DNA of 62,000 bases from Octopus vulgaris. Lineage: Eukaryota. Below are positions 40,318-53,512 of the stretch, piece by piece. Under the pieces are notes generated by a model. That model had not been told where the DNA came from. It searched no databases and was given only the letters and a program-made list of their open reading frames with translations. Location of the stretch: NCBI GenBank assembly GCA_951406725.2, contig OX597834.1, positions 39,948,001 to 40,010,000 on the forward strand, written 5' to 3'. Each line of letters opens with the position of its first letter. Within the stretch, counting starts at the first letter, position 1. The position numbers and the translations under genes are program-made.

Positions 40318-40707
40318 TTTTATGAAAAGATGGGAAGCATCATATTTTCTGTCACTCACGGGAAAAAAAAACAACCTTTCGAGATAAGAAAAATAAAAAA
40401 CAAAAGATAAAATATAAACGCTAAAGTGCTTCTCTCCCCTTAAGGAGAATACTCACCCTCTCTATTATTTCATAGAAGTCATTCATTCACTTCTACTCTT
40501 TTACTCCTTAACCAACTGTAAACAGCACCAGTTGTTGTTCCTAATCAAGTAACGATGTAATTTGACCAATATCTACTTGATAGGTGGAACTACTTTTTTA
40601 TTTTTTTACACAAGTGTCATCCTCTCCAGGATAACTTCCAAGTGTAAATAGCAATGCCCTTCAACTTCCTTTAGGCATTTCCACTTAGATGTGTCCATAT
40701 ATCATAT

Positions 40708-40960
40708 CGTGGAGGTGCATGGCTTAGTGGTTAGGGTGTCAGCATCATGATCGTAAGATTGTGGTTTCGATTCCGGACCGGGCAACGCGTTGTTTTCTTG
40801 AGCAAAACACTTCATCGCCTGTTGCTCCAGTCCACTCAGCTCGCAAAAATGAGTAATGCTGCGATGGACTGACGTCCCGTCCAGCTGGGGAACAAATACG
40901 CCATAGAAACTGGGAAACTGGGCCCATGAGCCTGGCTAGGCTTTAAAAGGGCGCATTTAT
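40708..40960 (+). mobile_element. SINE family C (M1 + T1); similar copy at 45628-45872; minus-strand copies at 420-585, 12255-12490 and 60715-60810
   Basis: ggaggtgcatggcttagtggttagggtg...ggtttcgattcc...gcgatggactgacgtcccgtccag. Confidence 0.8.
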
Positions 40961-41237
40961 TTTTATGTATCATATCAAGGAGACACAATGACAGAATTGT
41001 TAGCATGTAGGACAAAATGCATAACAGCATTTTCTCTGGATCTTTACATTCTCAGTTCAAATCCTGTTGATGTATGAAACTTTGCCAAGCAACTAGATCA
41101 AAACGTATGTAGGACTTTTAATGCTTATTTTAAAATTAAAGTTATATGTTCCTTTAAAATCATTTATTTGCTATATTTTATTGTGCAAATGATACAAATA
41201 AAATAAGCATCCGTTATTAACTCTATGTTAATAATGA

Positions 41238-41640
41238 GGGCGGCGAACTGGCAGAAACGTTAGCACACTGGGTGAAATGCTTAGTGTATTTCGTCAGTCT
41301 TTATGTTCTGAGTTCAAATTCTGCCGAGGTCGACTTTGCCTTTCATCCTTTCGGGATCAATTAAATAAGTACCAGTTACACATTGGGGTCGATATAATTG
41401 ACTTAATCCGTTTGTCTGTCCTCGTTTGTCCTCTCCGTGTTTAGCCCCTTGTGGGTAGTAAAGAAATAAGTATTTCGTCAGTCTTTACATTCTGAGTTCA
41501 AATTCTGTCAATGTCAACTTTGCCTTCTATCCTTTCAGGGTCAATAAATTAAGTACCAGTTACGTACTGGAGTCGATCTAATTAATTGGGGGCCCCTCCC
41601 CCTAAATTTCAGGCCTTGTGCCTAAAGTAGAAAGGATTAT
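41238..41640 (+). mobile_element. SINE family B, dimeric with ATT tail
   Basis: Homologous to 31085-31508. Other copies at about 19562-19875, 30400-30720, 34957-35175, 38218-38445, 46635-46862 and 60595-60700. Confidence 0.85.
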
Positions 41641-41749
41641 TAACTCAATGTTTTCTTATATTAATATATACATATAAATCTGGCACACAGCGGTTATACT
41701 GATAAGGGTTCCAGTTAATCCAATCAATGGATCAACCTGCTTATAAAAT

Positions 41750-41900
41750 GAACAATTGTTTCGGCTGCTGTTTTCCTCGGCAGAAAACCAAATTTCACAG
41801 AAGCACTCTGTTCCTTCATTTCAGCCATTGCAAAATAAATCGATGGACAGGGGAGAAGCACTGCAAAGTAAAGATGCACCATGTGGCAGTAGGACGGCAC
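41750..41900 (-). mobile_element. Mariner transposase N-terminal fragment
   Basis: MAEMKEQSASVKFGFLPRKTAAETIV (ATG at 41828) resembles the EQRxxIKFCFxLGKTAxET start of mariner transposases. Confidence 0.7.
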
Positions 41901-42096
41901 TTGACACCGCCAGTCGGTATAGTGATGTCTGAGTGTCACATCAAGTGGCTCCTAGTAGTGGAAACCTGAACTACAACAGGCTTGTTCCACAGAGAACATT
42001 TTCAGTTACTTTTCGGCACCGCTTTGTGTGTGTGTATGATAGATTGCTAGCCACTAAACCTTTTTCTATTTTCTCTCCCTGTTTATTTCTGTGTTC

Positions 42097-42132
42097 CTTT
42101 CTGTCGAAGAGCATAGGCTCGAAATGTAAAAG
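42097..42132 (+). ncRNA. Hammerhead-like motif with a mutated core (CTGTCGA instead of CTGANGA)
   Basis: cttt-CTGTCGA-a-gagc-atag-gctc-GAAA-tg-TA-aaag: 4-bp stem I, 4-bp stem II and a minimal stem III, inside an interspersed repeat remnant (~42005-42220). Confidence 0.4.
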
Positions 42133-42233
42133 ACGTTCTCACTTTCTGAGCGTTAAACTAATACATCTGTTTGTTGTTTACACATCCATCTTCGTCTTTT
42201 GTTTCTTTTTGTAAGTTCACACTATATACATAT

Positions 42234-42274
<41 letters not shown>

Positions 42275-42300
42275 CACACACATACACACACACATAGACA

Positions 42301-42520
42301 TATGAGGGGGTGCCGAATAGTTCCTGGCTTTAAGGGTATAGCAAAAGGCCAAGTTGAAGGCCCAACATTCCAAGTTCTTTTAAGGGCTTAGAAAAACTGA
42401 AGGACCACTGCAAAAAGTGTGCGAATCTGAGAGGGGAATATGTTGAATAAAATCATAATTAACTGATCCTCCTGTATTTTCTTTTACCAGAAGCCAGGAA
42501 CTTTTTAGCGCACCCTCATA
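42301..42520 (+). mobile_element. Mariner-derived MITE, TA-flanked, ~30-bp TIRs, retaining the transposase C-terminus KGLEKLKDHCKKCANLRGEYVE*
   Basis: tatgagggggtgccgaatagttcctggctt / aagccaggaactttttagcgcaccctcata; codons 42382-42450. Confidence 0.85.
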
Positions 42521-42699
42521 TGTGTGCATGTGTGTGTGTGTGTGTCTGTCTGTATGTATATACACACATATTCTTCAGAACTGTGCATACACTAAATATA
42601 AATAAACAAATATATATATAAAATTTTATCTCTCCCACATCACATTATTTACACATACACACACAAACATGCATGCAAGCATACATGCATGCACATACA

Positions 42700-43504
<805 letters not shown>

Positions 43505-43824
43505 ATGTTTTTCCATTAACCAATATTCCTGCCGAAGTTTAAAACACAAAGATCTGTTAGACTCAACAACGATGACAACAACAACAATGACAACAACAGC
43601 AACAACAAGAACAACGATAATAACAAAAACAGCATAAACGTAATATCTAATGCTATCAGAAACATTTAGGAGCAAAAAAAAAAACAATAAACAATAAACA
43701 AATCACTTTGTCAAGAAAAACACTGGAGGTGGGTGGCTGGGTGGGGGGCGGGGAGCATTTATGTTAATAGAGATGCTAGTTTAAGATGATGAGAATCGGA
43801 GTAAGGTGGAGGCGGGGGGGATCT

Positions 43825-43861
<37 letters not shown>

Positions 43862-44041
43862 ACGGTATTATTGGTTTCACTTTACCTTACGTTCTACAGT
43901 TGTGTTGTTGCCCATAGCAGCCTCTTTGACAGTGTGTGTATATTAGTTTGAAGAGGATGTATATTTTCGTTGCAAGAAGCATCTTTGCCTTTAAGATGTC
44001 TTTGGTTACATGTAAACAATGAAAGAGCCGATGGGAGGGGC

Positions 44042-44080
<39 letters not shown>

Positions 44081-44899
44081 GAGAGAGGGAGAGGAAAATG
44101 AGAAGAGAAAAAGAGAAAATAAAATGGTAAGAGAGGTAGTGGGGCAGAAGCACAGATAAGAATATGTATTGTTTATACATGTACGTATGCATGTATGTAT
44201 GTATTTGTATCTATAGATATACACACACATACACACACACACATGTATATATATATACTCACACATACAATATTGAAAGTAGGCGTGTGTGTGTGTATGT
44301 ATGTATATATATATATATATACGTACGCACACAGATATATATTGTGTGTGCATGTATATTATATACATCAATATATATATATATATATACATAAATATAT
44401 ATATATATATATATATATACATCAATATATATATATATATACAATATTGAAAGTAGGTGTGTGTGTACACACAGTTATGTACATACTTATACATTTATAA
44501 ATATATATATCAAGATATATATATATATACACACACATAAGGATATATACATATATATACACATACACACATGCATACACATATGCATACATACACACAC
44601 ACACATGTATATGTATGTTTGCATGTGCAATATGACTAATGTATCTCTAGACGTTGCCACAAATACACACACACACCAATAAATATGCATCCACACACAC
44701 ACACACAGAGGTAATGTAAGTCTCCAGACACATTAAATATATTGGGAAGTAATTCACATAAACAAAAGCAGATGTTAACAAATGCTTTAGTTTAGCAAGA
44801 TACCAGTAATACGGTGACTGATACAGGTTATAAAGAACATGATTAAAAGCTTCAGTTTTGTACAGTATCATCTGTCTAAAGTAGAGCTTCTCACCTGAG

Positions 44900-44983
44900 G
44901 TCCATATGGCCATTGGGTGTCCATATGGCCATTGGGGGTCCATATGGCCATTGGGGGTCCATATGGCCATTGGGTGTCCATAT
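44900..44983. repeat. 19-bp tandem repeat x4.4 (gtccatatggccattggg[g/t]) inside a probable hAT-type element end
   Basis: Direct reading; preceded by agagcttctcacctgagg, which resembles a hAT terminus. Confidence 0.85.
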
Positions 44984-45069
44984 AAGATTTCATTGTTAAA
45001 ATTTATGAGCAATAAATTGCTTTTACTTCGATGCACAAAATATTTTCATTTTTTTTATACAATTCCTAA

Positions 45070-45456
45070 TCTCTCTATATAAAGCTGAAGTTGTCTGTGT
45101 ATGGCAGGCTTGGTAGCCTTCAACTAACACTATCTCCTCTGAGACCCTGCGGCGCAAGTTGACCAAAATTGAGAGTATGATAGAAGAAGGCTTGCTCTTC
45201 CTTCCGTAGGAGAAAAGATTCAAATTGGACCATGTTAACACCAAAAATTATTTACATCAAAAAGATGCTTTTTTTCTATGAAAATCCCTATTTTTTACGA
45301 CTATTTGACTGCTGTGTCGCCATTTTTTTGGTGTATTTCACTTAAATGTTCACTTAAAGAGAATAACAAGTTACATAATGCAAAATTTTTACTTTTCAAA
45401 AATTCCAATTCTAATGGGTCGAAACAAACCCAAGCAATGCCGGGCAATACTGCTCG
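45070..45456 (+). mobile_element. Non-autonomous Helitron
   Basis: A|TCtctctatataaag start; subterminal cccaagcaatgccggg hairpin remnant; CTCG|T end (CTRR consensus with one change). Confidence 0.6.
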
Positions 45457-46858
45457 TAATATTTAATTATAAAAATTTATTTTTTATATATATTGAATGG
45501 TTAATAGTAGAAGATGCTTCTGCAGGGCACCACACACTGGAATTGAACTCAAAACCATATGGTTATAAAAGAGCCACTTAACCACTCAAGGAAATGAAAT
45601 TATGCTTACAACATCTTGTTGAGTAGTGGAGGCGTGTGGCTTAGTGGTTAGGGTGTTGAACTCATAATCGTAAGGTTGTGGTTTCGATTCCTGGACCGGG
45701 CAATACGTTATGTTCTTGAGCAAAACACTTCATTTCATGTTGCTCCAGTCCACTCAGCTAGCAAAAATGAGTAATCCGGCGATGGACTGGCGTCTCGTCC
45801 AGGTGGGGAATTTCTCCTCCACTGAAACTGGGAAACCAGCCCTTATGAGCCTGGCAAGCCTCCAGAAGGAACATCATGTTGAGTAATGCCTTAGAATAGT
45901 TTAAAATTATAAGATTTTGTTTTTTAAAAAAATATCAATAAATAACCAGTAATCTACTAAGGTCCAATTGTTTCTACTCCAACCATTTCTCATAGGGAAG
46001 ACAAAATCTAAATAATTTTCTATAAGCTAAAAATGCATCAAGTTTCACCCTTTTACTGCGGAAACCAGATATTAACCAATCAAAATTTTATTATCCTTAA
46101 CTGCAGAAAACAGTTTTATGTATCATTCTAACTTTTGCTAAGGAATGACATGTCTGGAACTATTTTCTGTTAAGATATGTAAAGTTGATCGAAGCAACAT
46201 GTCTTACAGAAAATACCAAAAGAGATTGAAGATCATTACTGAAATCTCTTAGATTTTATTTGTTTAGTCTTTGGACTGTGCCCATGTTGGGGCACTGCTT
46301 TGAAGGGTTTAGTCAAACAATTTGACCTCGATACTTATTTTTTAAGCCTGGTACCTATTCTATTGATCTCTTATTCAGTGGGACTGAACCTGGAACCATG
46401 TGGTTTGTGCGCAAGCTTCTTACTACACAGCCACTCCTACGCCTATATTATAATATAAATAAATTACTGGATTGTCAAATAAATCTCTCTATTTAATTGA
46501 TCTATAATTTGCATTATACCCATATTTATGAGGTATTCAACTGACGTACCAGTGAATTGGATGTTTTACACACTGCTTTGAAAGAATTCCTTTCCTAAGC
46601 TTGTTACTATAGTTACTATATATATATATATATAGGTGAGCTGGCAGAAACGTTAGCGCGCCGGACAAAATGCGTAGCCGTATTTCGTCTGTCGTTACAT
46701 TCTGAGTTCAAATTCCGCCAAGGTCGACTTTGCCTTTCATCCTTTCGGGGTTGATAAATAAAGTACCAGTTTCTCACTGGAGGTCGATGTAATCAACTTA
46801 ATCCCTTCGTCTGTCCTTGTTTGTCCCCTTTATGTTTAACCCCTTGTGGGCAATAAAG

Positions 46859-46901
<43 letters not shown>

Positions 46902-47439
46902 TACAGGGATTTTTCAGCTTCCAACTACCAAATCCACTCGTAATGCTTTGGTCAGTTAGCAGCAGTATAAAACACTTTCCCAAGGTGTCACATTGTGGGA
47001 TTGAACCCAAGGCCATATGACCGGGAGGCAAACTTCTCACCACACAGCCATGCCTCGGCCTGTGCCACAAGTGTTAAATAACATCAATATGAACAACAAC
47101 AAAATGTTATTTAATACTGTGATTTTTATCCCTGCCTTTCAGTAATATGTGCACATAACATCTCCGCTTGTTGCAGTTTCTCTGACTAAAAGAAAGAGGT
47201 TCTTCCGACTACTTCACGTTTAAGTGGTCTGCAGGAGGAAGGACATCAAGATGTGGAAAAAAATTATCACGATGCAAACACCCTCTCCACTTATGTGAGC
47301 ATGGAGAAATAAGTGTGAAATACTTCTGAAAAATTCCAATGAGATCATTTAAATCATTGGCAGTTAAAACCGGTTAGAAGCAGTTTTATATATTTTTGCA
47401 GCTTGAATCTTAAGTCAATGAGTTTAAAATTGTCCAAGT

Positions 47440-47800
47440 TTCAACTTGTTAAAACCAATTCAAATTGTCACAATTTAAACCTGTTGAAACTAGTTTAAAT
47501 CATTCAGTTTAAATCATTTCAGTTTTAACTTGTTAAAACCAGTTTAAATTATCACAGTTTAACCCTGCTAACACCAGTTTAAGCTTGTTAAAACCAGTTT
47601 AAATCATTTCAGTTTTAACTTGTTAAACCAGTTTAAATTATCGCAGTTTAACTCTGCTAACACCAGTTTAAGCTTGTTAAAACCAGTTTAAATCAACACA
47701 GTTTAAATCATTTCAGTTTTAACTTGTTAAAACCAGTTTATATAATTACGGTATAAACTCATTAAAATTAGTTTAAATTAACATAGTTTAAACTTGTTAA
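47440..47800. repeat. AT-rich degenerate 15-20-bp monomer array (aaaccagtttaa) with a ~90-bp duplicated block
   Basis: 47521-47610 is repeated from 47611. Confidence 0.85.
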
Positions 47801-48194
47801 AGAAAAGAAGAGTGGTTCAAAATAGTCAAATATCATCATCATCATCATTATTTAATGTCCATTTTCCATGCTGGCATAGGCTGGATGGTTTGACTGAAGC
47901 TGACCAGCTGAAGGGATGTTTAGGCACCCTGTCTGTTTTTGGCCTGGTTTCTACAGTTGGATGACCTTCCTAACACCAACCACTTTACAGAGTGTACTGG
48001 GTGCTTTTACGCAACAATGGTATGGGTGCAAGATTAGGGATGCTCAGCAGGCAACCATGCTTTTATTTAGCTTGACGTGTCTTTTCAAATATATATATAT
48101 ATATGTATATATAATCATATATAATCATTCAAAAGAAATTAAGAAAATGGAAATATAACTTTTAATAAAAATGTATTATTTGCAAAAATCAAAC

Positions 48195-48265
48195 ATAGTA
48201 CCTTACAGCTGTTTCAATTAAGCTTAATAGATTAAATAGCAATTTACAAGATGCATCTCATTAAA
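48195..48265 (-). mobile_element. Degenerate second copy of the 22.8-kb hammerhead-bearing repeat
   Basis: Shares ttacagctgtttcaattaagc-taa-agatta-atagcaat with 22760-22800, but the CTGATGA core is altered (TTAATGA). Confidence 0.6.
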
Positions 48266-49070
48266 ATAACGTCTGTTCTGCAAGTTTTCTTATCGACATG
48301 TGTATACAAAAGCAGCAAATTAAGGGACACAGCTTCATTATTACAGAAGATCAATAATAAATCAAAGATGCAAATACACAATACAATGAAAAATGTATGT
48401 ATACATATATATATATATATATATATACGATATAGTGTATATTTAAACACATGAGGAACCCACTTATAGGAATTCAACACGCCAGAAAGAACAGCTAGGT
48501 TCTATAACCACAAAAATTAGGGATAAAATTTGACAGGAACGAAATGAAAAATAAAAACATTTTACCATCTAGTTTAAATATACACTATATCGTATAACTA
48601 ATATATAGTCTTTTGGACTAAATTTTTTACACGTTAGACCACTGGAAATGTAAATTTTAATTAATTTCCATTTCCCTTTGATATGATTATATATATATAT
48701 ATATATATATGTAAAAAAATACAAACTGGGACAAGAACGCAAAACATTTAGAAGACGATACAAAAACATGGACAGGACATTCGAAGCCTTCAATCTTCAG
48801 TCAAGAACCAGATCATCCTAGCAATTTCAGCTGATTAATCCTGATATCGCTCCGATCCAGCCAGCCCCAAGGAAAAACTAAGCTGTGAGCATTAGATTTC
48901 TTGGAAAAAGGATTGAATGTATATGAAACAAGGACAGAAAAACGGACAATGCCACACGAATATAAAATACAAAAAACAATAATAGTAAAAACAGGACAAA
49001 AACAGCGGGTATCTTACGACTAATAGACAGTACAACTTAGTTTATGGGTAAGTTGAAATTTATTACTTAC

Positions 49071-49174
49071 TGCTAGCTTGGAAGTAGTTCCCATTTCCAT
49101 ATTGCCACCATCAACAGAAGGAACCAGTGGCATGCTACCACGCCTGTCATTGGAAAATTTCTCATTAGAAGAAT
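49071..49174 (-). CDS. DAB2IP/SYNGAP1/RASAL2-like (raskol): Preceding coding exon of the same RasGAP: (D)SSNEKFSNDRRGSMPLVPSVDGGNMEMGTTSKLA; 104 nt, phase 1 to phase 0; not in the ORF track
   Basis: Acceptor atttatttcatttcttccag (AG at 49176-49175), donor GCA|GTAAGT (49070-49065), open frame. The RRGS.P motif resembles the RRGSAP segment recalled upstream of FFSKR in insect orthologues. Its phase-0 donor matches the phase-0 acceptor at 839. Confidence 0.88.
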
Positions 49175-49384
49175 CTGGAAGAAATGAAATAAATTACAAT
49201 TATTATTGTTGTCGTTGTTGTTATTGTTTTTATTATGGTTAACGCTTTAGTGCTTAATCCAGTTATATCTGGTCCAAATATTCTACCTGTTCTATGTTCG
49301 AACCAGTGCTGTGGAGTCGGAACCAATTAAGGGGTAGCTGGAGTCGGAGTCAGTAAAACAATACCGACTCCGACTCATAGTATC

Positions 49385-49846
49385 TTCCATCTACCAAATC
49401 CACTCATAATGCTTTGGTCAGCTAGCAGCTATAGGAAACACTTTCCCAAGGTGCCACATTGTAGGATTAAACCCAAGTCCATATGACCAGGAGGCAAACT
49501 TCTCACCACACAGCCACGCCTCTGCCTGTGCCATATAGACAAAGCGACCAAAGCCTTGTGCGTGGATTTGGTAGACGGAAACTGAAAGAAGCCCATCATA
49601 TATATGTATATGTATATATGTGTGTGTGTTTGTGTGTCTGTGTTTGGTCCCCCCAACATCGCTTGACAACCGATGCTGTTGTATTTACGTCCCCGTAGCT
49701 TAACGGTTTGGCAAAAGAGACCAATAGAATAGGTACTAGGCTTACAAAGAATAAGTCCTGTGGTCGATTTGCTCGACTAAAGGCGGTGCTCCAGCATGGC
49801 CACAGTCAAATGACTGAAACAAATAAAAGAGTAAAAGAGAAAAGAG
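49385..49846. mobile_element. Family A SINE head (minus, 49385-49520) abutting a plus-strand family A body and tail (49535-49846)
   Basis: Direct homology to the family A consensus seen elsewhere in the window. Confidence 0.8.
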
Positions 49847-50096
49847 TAAACTGGTTTTATTAACTGAATTGCCTTAAAGTTGGGACCCCTTTGTTTTTCT
49901 CGTACTGCGGGTTTCCGCTCTTACTTCAAGACAAAAATTCGCACAAGTCTCAGCTCATACAACAAATTACTCATACAATGAGGCACTCATACTGCAAGGT
50001 TCTACTGTACCAGTGATACACTAGGGTCAATGTAATCAACTAATTCCCTCCCCCAAAATTCCAGGCTGTGTACCTTTAGTAAAAAGGATTATTATT

Positions 50097-50132
<36 letters not shown>

Positions 50133-50674
50133 CATCATCATTGTTGTTGTTGTTGTTGTTGTAGGTGTGTGGGAGTCTTCTATATTGCACACCTGTCATT
50201 GCCATGGTAACATGAAAAGAGATATCATTGTTATGATGATAATAATAATAATGATAGTGATGATGATGGGGAATGATGGAAATGATGCGAATGATTGTGA
50301 TGATGACAATAGGGTTGATGGTGGTGATGATGATGACAAATAAGAAAGTGATGACAACAACAACAACGCTGACAGTGACAGCAAAGAATGGTAAACTCAA
50401 GTTACAAAATCTTCAAAAACTTGTTATTTTGTAGTCATAGTAACAATTCCAAACTGTTGTAGTCTTAGAATATTGGAGAATGAAATTGTTTTGTAAATAA
50501 GATTATAATGTTTGAAAGGGAGAACAAAGAAATCCAGAGGAAGGGGAGAGCGCGGAAGAGGAGAGCGTGGAAGGGTGGGGCAGTATAAAAGGGGGGAGGA
50601 GAAATTGGTATTAAAGGCAGACAATTGAGGCATTAAAGTAAGAGATATTGCATTGTGTAGGGGGGGAGAATGGG

Positions 50675-51247
50675 AAGAAGAAGAAGAAGAGAGGAATTGA
50701 AAGAAGAAGAAGAAAGAGGAGGCGGAGGAGGGGGAGGAATTGAAAGAAGAAGAAGTAAGAGGAGGAGGAGGAATTGGAAGAGAAGGAAGAAGAAGAAGAA
50801 GAAGAAGAAGAAGAAGAAGAAGAAGAAGAAGAAGAAGAAGAAGAAGAAGAAGAAGAAGAAGAGAAGAAGAGAGAAGAAGAAGAAGAAGAAGAAGAAGAAG
50901 AAGAAGGAGGAGAAGAAGAAGGGAAGAAGAAGAAGAAGAAGAAGAAGAAGAAGAAGAAGAAGAGAAAGAAAGAAGAAGAAGGAGGAGAGAAGAAGAAGAA
51001 GAAGAAGAAGAAGGAGAAGAAGAAGGAGAAGAAGAAGGAGAAGAAGAAGAAGAAGAAGAAGAAGAAGAAGAAGAAGGAGAAGAAGAAGAAGAACTGGAAG
51101 AAGAAGAAGAAGAAGAAGAAGAAGAAGAAGAAGAAGAAGAAGAAGAAGAAGAAGAAGAAAGAGGAACAGAAGAAGAAAAACTGAAAGAAGTAGAATTGAA
51201 AGAAGAGAATGAAGAAGAAAAACTGGGAAAAGAAGAATAAGAAGAAG
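50675..51247. repeat. ~570-bp (GAA)n polypurine array
   Basis: Direct reading. Confidence 0.98.
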
Positions 51248-51746
51248 TAATTAGAATCTGACAAATTAGAAAAAAAAAAGTTGAATTTTCCAAAACTGTT
51301 TCCTTCTCCCTTGTATTCTTCAACAATGGAGAGATTAATAAAAATCGTTTCCTCCCGGATGTTATTTGCTGGTGTTTATTGCTGCTGCTGTTGTTGTTGT
51401 TGCTGATGTTGCATATTTATTTATTTATTTAAAGGATTAGCTTTGATGTATTGTCGGGTGGGTCAGTTGGGTGAGGCGTAAGGAGGAGGACCGAGAGAGG
51501 GGGGAAGAAAAAAAAAGGGAATGATGTTAAATTAACGTTGCCTTAGCTTAGACGGAAGTTTTTGGTAAAAGATGGCGAAGATCAAACACGAATTGAAAGG
51601 ATTCTTGGAGGAAAATTAAGACTTTCATTTTGCCAATAAATGCAAAAAGGAAAGAAAAAACTATTAAAGAAGAAATTTAAATTAAAGGTAAGAATAATAT
51701 AATAAATTTCATTGAAAATATACTGAAAAAGTTACTATATACATGC

Positions 51747-51778
<32 letters not shown>

Positions 51779-51922
51779 CCACATACATACATGCATATAT
51801 ATATATATATATAAATATATACACTCACATATATACACACACACAGACTCACACACATACATATATATATATATATACACTCACATACATACATATATAT
51901 ATAAATATATACACTCACAAAC

Positions 51923-51965
<43 letters not shown>

Positions 51966-52128
51966 CACTCGAATACATATACATACAACATATATAGATA
52001 TACACATATACACAAACATGCATATATATATATATATATATATACATACATACATACATAAGCATATACAATAAAGTGTGGTTGTGGTGGTGCTGATAAT
52101 GGTAATGTTATATATATATATGTGTGTG

Positions 52129-52195
<67 letters not shown>

Positions 52196-52552
52196 GCACA
52201 CACAAATATATGCTCTCACACACACATAAATACACATGCATATGTACACCTATGCAGACACACACGTGTGTATTTACATACTCATTGTATATTGTGTATA
52301 CAAATATAAAAACACACACACATATACACACATACATAGACAATCATATATACATATATAATTTTTAAGACTGTTCCGCAAGGTTCCACCCTTAAAAATA
52401 TTCACACACACTGTACACATACATGTGTCTGTCTGTGTGTGTGTGTGTGTATTGAAAGAATTTGTTATAAGAATTAGAAAAATCTGATCTTTAAACTAAA
52501 TTTCATGACAAAAGATTCCAGTAAATAAATAAACCAAAAAAAATTTAAATAA

Positions 52553-52612
<60 letters not shown>

Positions 52613-52819
52613 TAATAATAAAACAAGCGAAATAAAACCAAAATTATAAAATTTTACATGATTTTGTAGTTTTCTGGGTTAGAAAGGGAAAACAGGAACC
52701 CCCCAACTCCTCTCTCTCTCTTCCCCACCCCTGGTCCCCATCCCAGGCCCCCAATAAATATGGCCTGATTCGTTGTTGCTGAATAAACGGAATTGGTAAA
52801 CAGCAACAACAACAATAAT

Positions 52820-53172
52820 TGCGTGGCAGTGGTGGTGGCGATGGTGGTGGTGGTAAAGATGAAGATGAACGATGATGGTGGTGGTGGTGGTGGTGGTGGT
52901 GGTGGTGGTGGCGATGGTGGTGGTAGTGGTGGTGGTGGTAGTGGCAGTGGTGGTGGTGGCGATGGTGGTGGTGGTGGTGGTAGTGGTGGTGGTGGTGGTG
53001 GTGGTGGTGGTGGTGGTGGTGGTGGTGGTGGTGGTGGTAGTGGTGGTGGTGGTGGTGGTGGTGGTAGTGGTGGTGGTGGTAGTGGTGGTGGTGGTGGTGG
53101 TGGTGGTGGTGGTGGTGGTGGCAGTGGTGGTGGTGGTAGTGGCGGTGGTGGTGGTGGTGGTGGTGGTGGTTG
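52820..53172. repeat. (GGT)n array
   Basis: Direct reading. Many further (CA)n/(TA)n compound arrays occur at about 2280-2850, 8190-8640, 12980-13510, 37130-37620, 44170-44700, 51740-52370, 53360-53790, 57490-57770 and 59960-60360. Confidence 0.97.
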
Positions 53173-53475
53173 TGATCATTGAAAAAAAAAAATTTATGCT
53201 TTGCACATTAAAATATGGCTTTATCTTTCCAAAGTGAAAATGAAGACAATTACAGAAAAAAAAAAAAGAAAAAGAAAAAAACACACTAAAACGAATTTAT
53301 GTTAGAATATTTGATGGGAAAAGCAAGTCTAATATTTGATTGATACATACAGCAGAAATGGTTTATGTAAGTATGTATGTATATGGGTGTGTGTGTGTGA
53401 ATATTAGTAGTATATACACACACACACAGTATGTATATATATTTATGCATATGAATATATGTATGTATATATGTT

Positions 53476-53512
<37 letters not shown>

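Noticed and set aside
48770-48810. Minus-strand CTGAAGA...GAAT hammerhead-like string
   Set aside because: It lacks GAAA and a convincing stem II/III arrangement.
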